Positions 1 to 7,519 of a stretch of 24,000 nt of DNA are shown one piece after another. The DNA comes from an uncultured Gammaproteobacteria bacterium. GTDB taxonomy: Bacteria > Patescibacteriota > Microgenomatia > PFEM01 > CAYPPS01. The DNA lies in NCBI GenBank assembly GCA_964655765.1, contig CAZZNI010000013.1:616-24615 (forward strand), given 5' to 3'. The notes under the pieces were generated by a model. That model was given only the letters and a program-made list of their open reading frames with translations, did not search any database and was not told where the DNA came from. The position numbers were made by a program, and so were the translations under genes. Positions within the stretch are counted from its first letter, which is position 1. Each line of letters begins with the position of its first letter.

Positions 1-1035
1 AATGTTTGTTTAAAAACAGAAAATAATCGGCTTAAAATTACCGCGACAAATTTGGAAACCGGTATTCATTATTGGCTAGGGGCAAAAATAGAAAAAGAAG
101 GCAGCCTGACAGTACCAGCCAAAACTTTTTTAGAATTGATTACTTCACTGTCGGCAGGGAGGATAAATTTAGAAGTAGATAAAAACACATTAATAGTAAA
201 TAGTGATAATGGCCGAGCTAGTTTAATGGGTATTCCCGCCAGCGATTTTCCTCAAGTACCTTCTTTTGAAGACAAACAAAAAATTGACTTGCCGATTAAA
301 AATTTAAACCGGGCAGTGACTCAAGTTGCTTTTTCTGCTTCACTTGATGATAGTAGGCCGGTTTTAAGTGGAGTTTTGTTGACCAAACGGAATGATCAAC
401 TGGCAATGGTCGCTACTGATGGTTATCGTTTGAGTTTAAAGAAAATAAGCCAGGAGTTTAAAAAAGCTCAGGAAGAATTATTTACTAAAGGAATTTTACT
501 GCCGGCCAAAACTTTAGTTGAAGCAGTTAAATTACTTGGTGAAGAGGAAGGCGGTGATTCTTTCTCATTGTCGTTGACGCCCAAAGAGAGTCAAGTAATC
601 TTCTCTTTACCGCAGGCAGAAATTGTTTCCCGTTTGATTGAGGGTGATTTTCCTGATTTTGAGAAGATAATTCCCGGTCAAGCAAAAACAGTGGTCACCG
701 TCGACAAGGAAGAACTGCTAGGAGGAATTAGAACCGCTGCTATCTTTGCCAGGGAGTCGGCTAATATAGTCAGACTGGAAGTAGCCGGTGACCGGCTGAA
801 AATCAGCGCTAATGCTCCGCAGGTGGGTGACAATTTATCAACTATTACCGCTCAAATTCAGGGAGAGAATTTAAAAATCGCTTTTAATGTTCGTTTTCTG
901 CTTGATTTTCTGTCGATCGTAAAAGACAAGGAGGTGGTTTTGGAGTTTTCTGGTGCTTTAAGCCCGGGGGTATTTAAGGTCAGTAAGGACAAAACTTTTC
1001 TTCATATCATCATGCCAGTTAGAGTCCAGGATTGA
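1..1035 (+). CDS. dnaN: DNA polymerase III beta sliding clamp, 5'-truncated by the window edge
   Basis: Frame 1 is open from base 1 (NVCLKTENNRLKITATNLETG...), so the listed TTG start at 52 is internal. Clamp-typical motifs are ATDGYRLS, FNVRFLLDFL and the C-terminal HIIMPVRV. 344 aa are present, so only a short N-terminal piece is missing. Confidence 0.9.
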   Translation, partial: NVCLKTENNRLKITATNLETGIHYWLGAKIEKEGSLTVPAKTFLELITSLSAGRINLEVDKNTLIVNSDNGRASLMGIPASDFPQVPSFEDKQKIDLPIKNLNRAVTQVAFSASLDDSRPVLSGVLLTKRNDQLAMVATDGYRLSLKKISQEFKKAQEELFTKGILLPAKTLVEAVKLLGEEEGGDSFSLSLTPKESQVIFSLPQAEIVSRLIEGDFPDFEKIIPGQAKTVVTVDKEELLGGIRTAAIFARESANIVRLEVAGDRLKISANAPQVGDNLSTITAQIQGENLKIAFNVRFLLDFLSIVKDKEVVLEFSGALSPGVFKVSKDKTFLHIIMPVRVQD

Positions 1036-2038
1036 GATATTGGTCTTGAACCGCCGGTAGAATTAAAAAAGCCTTACCATTAATTCCTTTTGGGTTACCG
1101 GTTAAAAAGAAGACTGGCTGTAGGTATTTATCTTTACTAGGAACAAAATAGGCGATTTTAAATTCCTCAAAAGCAACTGTTTGGATTTTTAGGTAGTCTG
1201 TATTCTCAATAATTAGAAAACCCGGTAAGGTAATTTTAGTTAAAAAAGGTTGACTGGCAAGCTTAGCGACTAATTGACTGGTTTTCTTTAATGGATAATA
1301 ATCAAATTCAGTTAGTGTTTTAAAAGGCGGTAGGTATTCAATTTTAACAATTCTTTTTTCCGGACCCAGTATAAGAGTGAGGAATTTACTATCCGGTGTA
1401 GAGTGTAAAACTAAAGAGTCGTTGATAAAAAAATCAAAACTAAACTGGATAAAAGAAGCTTCATTTGGGTTACTTTCAGTAAATTGAGGTCCGGCCAGTT
1501 TTAAATAACTAATTGAGTTAATTTTAAATTCACCTTTGTCGGGTAATGGGAGCATTTCGTTGTTGATTAAATTTAAGGCCTGTTTTTTGAGTTCTTCTTC
1601 TGTATCGAGACGGCCCTGGACCAAGCCTGGGTTTAAGAGTAAATCTAAGCCGTAGCTAAGTCGGCCATTGTTTAAATCTAGGCTTAAATGGTTTTCTTTT
1701 TTGCTCCAAGTTAACTTTTGTTTTTGTGTTTGATTTGGTTCGGCTTCAAATCCAAAGCTTTTAGCTAAATTTAAAGCTTCGTCAGGAGTGAGAGTATATG
1801 GTGTTATTTCAAACACCGGTAATTCCTTTTTGATATTATTTAAATCGTTCTCGATTAAAGCTAAATCGAAGTTGCCGCCAATGGGATGTTTTTCTGACTC
1901 TAAAGATGGCAGTAAATGTAATTCAGGGACAGAAAGATCTTTTTGATTTGGTTTAACTGATAAGGCAACCACTAGTAGCACCAAGGCTAAAAAAGCGAGT
2001 AAAACAACAGCGATTTTTCTTTTGGCGAATTTAAACAT
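1019..2038 (-). CDS. bitopic membrane protein, last gene of the VirB4 operon; candidate VirB8/PrgL/TcpC-like scaffold (function inferred from position and topology only)
   Basis: 339-aa ORF. Its ATG at 2038 lies 1 nt after the TAA of the upstream M23 gene (TAAaATG). The N-terminus is KRK followed by one hydrophobic helix (IAVVLLAFLALVLLVVALSV), then about 300 aa of non-hydrophobic domain. The 3' end overlaps the dnaN 3' end by 17 nt in convergent orientation. Confidence 0.6.
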   Translation of the reverse strand: MFKFAKRKIAVVLLAFLALVLLVVALSVKPNQKDLSVPELHLLPSLESEKHPIGGNFDLALIENDLNNIKKELPVFEITPYTLTPDEALNLAKSFGFEAEPNQTQKQKLTWSKKENHLSLDLNNGRLSYGLDLLLNPGLVQGRLDTEEELKKQALNLINNEMLPLPDKGEFKINSISYLKLAGPQFTESNPNEASFIQFSFDFFINDSLVLHSTPDSKFLTLILGPEKRIVKIEYLPPFKTLTEFDYYPLKKTSQLVAKLASQPFLTKITLPGFLIIENTDYLKIQTVAFEEFKIAYFVPSKDKYLQPVFFLTGNPKGINGKAFLILPAVQDQYLNPGL

Positions 2039-2039
2039 T

Positions 2040-3608
2040 TTAATAACTAGGTGTATATGGCGGTGCCATTTTTATAATATTGCCCGCTGATTGAAATTCA
2101 TAGTGCAAGTGTGGTCCGGTGGAGTTACCGGTATTGCCGACATAGCCGATAATTTGGCCAATAGCAACTGATTGCCCGCTTTGTAATGAAGAGTTAAAAC
2201 CATCCAAATGGGCATAGAGAATGCTTAGCGGTTGGCCCTTACAAACGGTGGTGATTTTAACATAATTACCGTAGCCGGGGATTTCCCTGTCTAGGACAGG
2301 GTCGTATGCCGTGTCAACACCGAAGCTAAAAACACCATTAGCAGTTGCTTTAATAGGGGTTCCGATAGTAGCCGCAATGTCTATCGCTTCGCGATTATAA
2401 TGAGTGGTTCCGGCAGAATTATTTGGCCGTTGTGTAATGGTGCCTTGAACTGGCCAGGTGGCTACTGGGCAGCCGGTTTTAGGGGTGCCGATAATGATAG
2501 CCAAATTATCAAACGAAATTTGCTCTAGAGCGGTTTGTTCTTGGCTGGTTTTGTCGGTAATTAAAGCTGTGGCGTTAACCGAAACCTGGTTTGCCAGCAT
2601 TGCATCTTGAAATTTTTCAATCGGAGCAGTTGGTATTTCGTATTGCGGAGAAGTCCAACTATTGCCATTCGGCAGATCGGGAATTTCTCCTGATTGCCAA
2701 CTTAAATCGGAGGCAATATATTCGCCCATTTCCTGGTAGGAAGAAGTTAGGTCAAAGGCGGTAAGATTAGTTAAATCGGCGCCGGTTGCGGTAATGGTGA
2801 AACTGTAAACAAAACTGGTGTTATTTTTAATTTTGTCATTGTCAATGCTTTGACCATCACTGATTGGTGTTTGTGCGCCGTTTTCATCAACAAAAAAAGC
2901 TTGTTTTTTGACACTAATATATTGTGACTTTTCTTGCCAGGGGGATAAGCGAGTGGCGCCGGGGACATAAAAAGCCGAAGCAAGAGTAATGATAGTGATA
3001 GCTCCGGTGCCGGCAATTGCGGCAATTGACCCAAAAGTTGGAGTAGCAATAATGCCGGTGCCGATTTCCATTGAGGTAATTTGCGTAAAAACACCGGAGA
3101 GGAAATTAGCCGGTTGTTGAAAAGCCAGGCTAAAACCTTTGCCGGCTAGTGTGCCGATAAAACCGACTGCTTTACTGCCCAGATGAGCGATTGTCGAAGC
3201 GGCCATAAATGATCCGCCGCCAACAATCAAAACTGTGCCTATCCCGCCGCCAATCAAAATCCCTATCGGAAGCATAATCATCCCAGCAGCAGCGTAGAGT
3301 GTTTTATCGGGTCTTTTTAAAGCCTTTTTAAGTTTAATCAAGGCCCAGCTACCGACTTTCTCTAAAACAGTTAAGGCAGCGGCGATTAATTTACTGGTCC
3401 CTTCAGGAAGACCAGTCAAAATCCCCTTAATAGAAGTTAAAACTGTTTTTAAGCCGGCTTTTTTAGCCAACTTGACGGCAGTTTTTTTACCTTGTTGTTT
3501 TAAAACCCCACTGGCTTTACTACTACCAAGGCTGAACAGTTTTTTAAAAAAAGACGGTTTTTTAATCGGTTGGTTTTGATTTTCCTGTTGGTTATTTTCC
3601 TGGTTCAT
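2040..3608 (-). CDS. membrane-anchored M23 (LytM-type) metallopeptidase, probable T4SS-associated peptidoglycan hydrolase
   Basis: The C-terminal M23 signature is HYNREAIDIAA (HxxxD) ... GNTGNSTGPHLHYEF (HxH). The N-terminal half is Gly/Ala/Ile-rich with several predicted TM helices (MIMLPIGILIGGGIGTVLIVGGG, IAAIAGTGAITIITLASAF). I place the start at ATG 3608 (MNQENNQQ...), preceded by GAGGA 8 nt upstream. The listed start at 3755 would add 49 aa running through the VirB4 3' end. The gene overlaps VirB4 by 17 nt. Confidence 0.85.
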   Translation of the reverse strand: MNQENNQQENQNQPIKKPSFFKKLFSLGSSKASGVLKQQGKKTAVKLAKKAGLKTVLTSIKGILTGLPEGTSKLIAAALTVLEKVGSWALIKLKKALKRPDKTLYAAAGMIMLPIGILIGGGIGTVLIVGGGSFMAASTIAHLGSKAVGFIGTLAGKGFSLAFQQPANFLSGVFTQITSMEIGTGIIATPTFGSIAAIAGTGAITIITLASAFYVPGATRLSPWQEKSQYISVKKQAFFVDENGAQTPISDGQSIDNDKIKNNTSFVYSFTITATGADLTNLTAFDLTSSYQEMGEYIASDLSWQSGEIPDLPNGNSWTSPQYEIPTAPIEKFQDAMLANQVSVNATALITDKTSQEQTALEQISFDNLAIIIGTPKTGCPVATWPVQGTITQRPNNSAGTTHYNREAIDIAATIGTPIKATANGVFSFGVDTAYDPVLDREIPGYGNYVKITTVCKGQPLSILYAHLDGFNSSLQSGQSVAIGQIIGYVGNTGNSTGPHLHYEFQSAGNIIKMAPPYTPSY

Positions 3609-5478
3609 TTTGTTTTTCCTCTTGAGCGGCTGTTTTTTCTTGTCTTTCCAGCATCTCTTTTGGCTTAGTGGTGACAAGTTTGTGCTCTTCAGGAGAAGCG
3701 ATGATTCGCAAAGCAACATGATTGGGGCCAGCGAAAAACAAACCTTCGCCAACATCGGCCGAAAGCAATAAGTGTTTTTCTCCCTCGGATAGATAAAAAA
3801 CTTCGGTCAGTTGGTCGATGGCTGCCGGTGACTGTTTCATTAATAATTGCAGCGAAGAGTTGTTGATGATTTCCCGGCCCATTTGGACATTTTGCAGTTT
3901 AACACTCAAGAAATCTTCAACATCTTGAGTAATAGTGGTTACTCCAAGGTAGTATTTTCTGGCCCGTTTGGCGATAGAGGTTAAAAACAGCGCCGAATCA
4001 GGGTGACGCATCATATACCAAGCTTCGTCAACGACCATAATGCGCTTTTTTAATTCTTTTCTGATTCTGGTCCAGATAAAGTCAAGGACAATAAACATAG
4101 CAATTGGCCGCAGGGATTGTTCTAGGTCGCGGATAGAAAAAACAGTAAATGGATTTTTAATATCAACATTAGAATGCTGGTCAAAAATGCCGGCAAAAGA
4201 GCCTTTGACAAACTTTTCCAGTCGGTCTGCTAAGCCTCTGGCCAGTGGATCCTCCATTCCCTGCAAGGCCTTGTAGAGATCTTCCATCAGCGGCGGCTCT
4301 TTTTTTTGAGTTGCCGGATCAGGGGTAATGCCTTTCATTTTGTAAGTTAAAGCCAGTGCTCGGTCAAGTAAAGCCATTTCACTCGGGTTCATGTCGCCCA
4401 TAATGACCTTAAACAGAGAGTGGAGAGAAAGAATTTTTTGGTTAAGTTCGTTTTGGCCTTCTTCGTAGACAGCTGATAAATCAAAGGGGTTAATTTTGGC
4501 TTCAGAGTTAAAGCCGAAGGTGATATATTCGCCGCCAACTGCTTTACAAAGCGTTTCATATTCGTTTTCCGGATCGATAACCAGTATTTCAGTATCAAAC
4601 ATTAATGATCGCAAGATTTCCAGTTTAACGGCATAAGATTTACCGGCTCCGGCTTTGGCAAAGACAACCGAATTGGCGTTTTCTAAATTAAAACGGTCAA
4701 AAATAACCAGTGAGTCGTTGTGTTCATTAATTCCGTAAAGGATTCCTTCATTAGCGGTCAGTTCAGACGAGGTAAAGGGGAAAGTGGTAGCCAGAGAGGT
4801 GGTGTCCATATTTCTGGTAATCATCAGTCTGTCAATACTAGTTGGAATGGTGGCTTTAAAAGCTTCTTCCATTTGCAAGGTGGCGTTTTTGGCGATAATC
4901 ATTAACGAGCCCAAAAGTGACGAAACTTGTTTGGTGGTATGGTTAAGTTCTTCTAAATTGTCAGCCGGGATAGTAATATAGAGAGCAAATTGGAAAAACC
5001 GCTCTGAGCCCTTAACTAACTGCGCTTGGAGTTTTTTGGCGTCTTCCAGCTTGGCAACGGTTGCCGGATTAAGCACTTTACCGCGTTCAACATCAATTTG
5101 AATTTCTGCTTCCATTTCAGCAATTTTTCGTCTTAAGTCATCCAAGACCCCTTTGCCTTCGATTGGATAAACAAACATGGAAACATCTAGTGAGTGGTCA
5201 AAATTAACCAGTGGCCCCAGCCAATTGGCAGAAACAAATCGGGGGTAGCCGGCGACGAAAAGAGTTCTGAAATAGCGGTTCCCGATTTTAAGATAATCAA
5301 AATCAACCTCGATAGCGGCCGGAGCAATAATATCTTTAACTGACAACATTCCCTGTCCCAGCTTGGCGACATTTTCTTCAAAACTAGGCTGTCCTGGTTT
5401 ATTTACCGGTTGATTAACCTGGTTTTGATTTGGTTTAACTGCCGGCTTTTTTTTCTTAAAAGGATTTACTAGTTTCAT
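3592..5478 (-). CDS. virB4: VirB4/TrsE/PrgJ-family T4SS ATPase
   Basis: 628 aa. Walker A is FAKAGAGKSYAV (around 4631-4665) and Walker B is RIMVVDEAWYMM (around 4018-4042), followed by GVTTITQD. The N-terminal pattern IAPAAIEVDFDYLKIGNRYFRTLFVAGYPRFV...WL is typical of monoderm VirB4 homologues. There is an ATGA start/stop overlap with the upstream gene at 5475-5478. Confidence 0.9.
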   Translation of the reverse strand: MKLVNPFKKKKPAVKPNQNQVNQPVNKPGQPSFEENVAKLGQGMLSVKDIIAPAAIEVDFDYLKIGNRYFRTLFVAGYPRFVSANWLGPLVNFDHSLDVSMFVYPIEGKGVLDDLRRKIAEMEAEIQIDVERGKVLNPATVAKLEDAKKLQAQLVKGSERFFQFALYITIPADNLEELNHTTKQVSSLLGSLMIIAKNATLQMEEAFKATIPTSIDRLMITRNMDTTSLATTFPFTSSELTANEGILYGINEHNDSLVIFDRFNLENANSVVFAKAGAGKSYAVKLEILRSLMFDTEILVIDPENEYETLCKAVGGEYITFGFNSEAKINPFDLSAVYEEGQNELNQKILSLHSLFKVIMGDMNPSEMALLDRALALTYKMKGITPDPATQKKEPPLMEDLYKALQGMEDPLARGLADRLEKFVKGSFAGIFDQHSNVDIKNPFTVFSIRDLEQSLRPIAMFIVLDFIWTRIRKELKKRIMVVDEAWYMMRHPDSALFLTSIAKRARKYYLGVTTITQDVEDFLSVKLQNVQMGREIINNSSLQLLMKQSPAAIDQLTEVFYLSEGEKHLLLSADVGEGLFFAGPNHVALRIIASPEEHKLVTTKPKEMLERQEKTAAQEEKQNEPGK

Positions 5479-6482
5479 GGCTGGTTGTCTCCGTTCGGTT
5501 TTTGGCCGCCTTGATTAATAATTTGATCAATTTGATTGTAAATTGTTTCTGAAGAGGAGCCAATTTTATTTAAATTGGCCTCGTCTTTAGGCGCTTCGAT
5601 ACCAATAATTTCCCGTCGTTTTTCTTCTTCCATCTGTTCTTTTGGGCTGACCATCGGTAATGGATTGGCCGTGGTTGGCTGAGTGGCTTCAGTTGGCGCG
5701 CTTGGAGTGACCGGCGGGCTTGGTGGAGTAGCTGGTAGGGCTGGCTCCGGCGGCTTAATATCCTTTTTAACCATTGGCGTTTGGTTGTCGTCAAGGCTTT
5801 GTCGTAGTGAAATTTCTGTCATTGGTGTTTGATATTGTTCCGGTTCAACTACTTGCTGGCCGACTGATTCGGGGTTGTAAATGTTAAAAAACAACTGGAT
5901 TAATTCCCTGGTATTAAGCTGGAAGCCTTTTAGTCCTAAACGGGCCAATAAGCGTAAAATGTGGTCTTTTTTAGGGATCAGGTTAATTTTAGCTTTTTTT
6001 AAAACATACTCTTTATCGAAGGAAGTTTTTTTATTTTGCTGTAACTTGTTAGACAGTGTTTTACTAATTCCCATTTCCAGAGCAGTCATGGGAATAGTGA
6101 TGTAAAACTTCTTGTCTAAAACTTGGTTTTTTTGAACAGTTTCTTGGATAAAGCGGCTGTAGAGTTTAATTTGCTGTTTAACCTCTTCTTTTTCCTGTTT
6201 TTCTTCGGCCGTTTTTAACAGTCTTAAATAAGCGGAGATGTCTTTCCTTTGTGAGCGGATAATGATTTGAATTGAAAAATTAAGCGAATTAAGCAAGCCG
6301 GCATAAGCAAAAATAGTCGCTTCCTGTTCTTGTTCGGAAAGTAAGTCAAAGTTTATGGCGGTAGTGGCTATTACCAGACAAGCACCGCCATCTTTTAAAA
6401 TGACAATGTCGTCTTGGATATCTTCAATATCAAGGTGTTGTTGAGTGGAAGCACGAATGGCAACTTTTAACGGTTCAGTCAT
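5475..6482 (-). CDS. hypothetical soluble protein with a VirB4-N-terminal-domain-like head and a Pro/Thr-rich tail
   Basis: 335 aa. Its ATG at 6482 directly abuts the TAA of the PrgI-like gene (TAAATG). The N-terminal segment HLDIEDIQDDIVILKDGGACLVIATTAINFDLLSEQEQEATIFAYAGLLNSLNFSIQIIIRSQR has the same pattern as the VirB4 N-domain. The low-complexity tail is PPEPALPATPPSPPVTPSAPTEATQPTTANP. There is no TM helix and no Walker motif. Confidence 0.6.
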   Translation of the reverse strand: MTEPLKVAIRASTQQHLDIEDIQDDIVILKDGGACLVIATTAINFDLLSEQEQEATIFAYAGLLNSLNFSIQIIIRSQRKDISAYLRLLKTAEEKQEKEEVKQQIKLYSRFIQETVQKNQVLDKKFYITIPMTALEMGISKTLSNKLQQNKKTSFDKEYVLKKAKINLIPKKDHILRLLARLGLKGFQLNTRELIQLFFNIYNPESVGQQVVEPEQYQTPMTEISLRQSLDDNQTPMVKKDIKPPEPALPATPPSPPVTPSAPTEATQPTTANPLPMVSPKEQMEEEKRREIIGIEAPKDEANLNKIGSSSETIYNQIDQIINQGGQKPNGDNQP

Positions 6483-7442
6483 TTAATTTTCGGCTCTTAT
6501 TTCAATCGGGGGAATGATTTCTCCCTTGGCTTCAATTTTGATTATAGCAAAGCTTAACGCTTCTTTTTCGGTTTCGATTTCATAAACACCGTTTTGAAGA
6601 GGGGTGACAATTAAAAACTGTCCCAACTGGTTGGTTTTTAAAGCCCTGATCGGAATACCTTGTTCATTCCTGATTTCTAAAATGGCACCTTCAACCAGGT
6701 TGCCTCGTTTATCGGCGACCATGCCAGTCAAAATATTTGGCTGACTGGGAGTTTTTGGGATCGGCAATTTGGTGTTAATGGTGGCGTCAACTGTTTGAGA
6801 TTGATTAGTTTCCGGCCGTTTTTCCGGCTGGCTGAGTGGTTTAAAAACATTTGGGCTAAAGCCCGGGGCAAAATCATTTTGAGGATTGGTTGTTGAAGTG
6901 GCGGTTGTTGTTGGTGGGACAAGCGGTTTTGGCTTGGGTGGTTCAACAACGGTATTGGGATCGAAAAGGCGGCCGATTTGAGCCAGCTGGTTTTTTTCAA
7001 TTTCATCCAGTGGGCTGATATGGTCTCGGGGCAGTGACTGTAAATAACCAGATAGGTCGGCTTGGCCCTTGGGGGCGGCTTGTTTTGATCTAAGCTGGGC
7101 CATCTTAATATCCTTTTGTGGCAAGTAAGTTAAAAAGGCAGGGTAATGCTGCTGTTTTTGCCAAGTAAAAAGAGTTGGTCTGAAGGCGGCTTTGAAAAAA
7201 GCCACCAACCAGACGGAAAGGGGCCGTTCTTGGAAAGGGAAAAAAGCCAAGGCAACCCCCAAAACAGCAAAACCGATAACCGCCGGCCATTTAAAGTAAA
7301 ACGGCAAACTGGTAGCGTAAAAGAAAAATGCCAAAACCAAACCGCCGGCCAAGTAGCCGAATTGTTTTAAAGTCATCTCGCCAACTAACTTAAATTCATA
7401 AGAGGCGATATGCTGTGGTACCGGATGTTGTTTAACGGGCAT
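6483..7442 (-). CDS. PrgI/VirB3-like membrane protein fused to a Pro-rich linker and a C-terminal CarboxypepD_reg-like beta-sandwich
   Basis: The N-terminus PVPQHIASYEFKLVGEMTLKQFGYLAGGLVLAFFFY plus a second helix WPAVIGFAVLGVALAFFPF is the PrgI-family hallmark. The linker is EPPKPKPLVPPTTTATSTT. The C-terminal 83 aa (6486-6734), GMVADKRGNLVEGAILEIRNEQGIPIRALKTNQLGQFLIVTPLQNGVYEIE, match the G.V.D..G.P..GA.V....T...G.F....L..G.Y pattern. It is the first gene of the operon. Confidence 0.7.
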   Translation of the reverse strand: MPVKQHPVPQHIASYEFKLVGEMTLKQFGYLAGGLVLAFFFYATSLPFYFKWPAVIGFAVLGVALAFFPFQERPLSVWLVAFFKAAFRPTLFTWQKQQHYPAFLTYLPQKDIKMAQLRSKQAAPKGQADLSGYLQSLPRDHISPLDEIEKNQLAQIGRLFDPNTVVEPPKPKPLVPPTTTATSTTNPQNDFAPGFSPNVFKPLSQPEKRPETNQSQTVDATINTKLPIPKTPSQPNILTGMVADKRGNLVEGAILEIRNEQGIPIRALKTNQLGQFLIVTPLQNGVYEIETEKEALSFAIIKIEAKGEIIPPIEIRAEN

Positions 7443-7448
7443 TAGTTT

Positions 7449-7477
7449 ATTCTAACGGTAATTTCTTTTCGCTTCAA
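7449..7477 (-). promoter_or_regulatory. sigma70-like promoter for the prgI-like/virB4 operon, predicted leaderless
   Basis: The minus strand reads TTGAAG-17 nt-TAGAAT followed by 6 nt (aaacta) and then ATG at 7442. No SD is present. Confidence 0.4.
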
Positions 7478-7482
7478 CAAAG

Positions 7483-7510
7483 TTGAATTTTGCCCAAAGA
7501 ATGATATAAA
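7483..7510 (+). promoter_or_regulatory. sigma70-like promoter with extended -10 for the 655-aa gene, near-leaderless
   Basis: TTGAAT (7483-7488), 16 nt spacer, then TGaTATAAA (TG at 7502-7503, -10 at 7505-7510). The ATG at 7520 is 9 nt after the -10. There is no SD. Confidence 0.4.
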
Positions 7511-7519
7511 ATTCACACC

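Noticed and set aside
3609-3755. The listed 571-aa ORF begins at 3755, adding 49 aa (MLAKVCFSLAPIMLLCESS...) to the M23 protein.
   Set aside because: The extension runs through the 3' end of virB4 in another frame and has odd composition. The internal ATG at 3608 has a GAGGA SD and gives a sensible 17-nt overlap.
4300-5454. A8/T8 homopolymer tracts in virB4 (4300-4307, 5447-5454) and elsewhere (for example 9587-9595, 19746-19753), considered as phase-variation switches.
   Set aside because: Eight-nt A/T runs encoding Lys or Phe are expected in AT-rich coding sequence. No longer tracts occur, and variability cannot be seen in a single sequence.
2771-7370. Short ORFs nested in other frames or strands of the M23, virB4, 335-aa and prgI-like genes (2771-3094, 4040-4276, 4389-4598, 4720-4981, 5187-5381, 5570-5794, 5881-6105, 6728-7006, 7105-7370).
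   Set aside because: They lie fully inside longer ORFs that carry clear family motifs. Their translations are low-complexity or biased and show no start signals.
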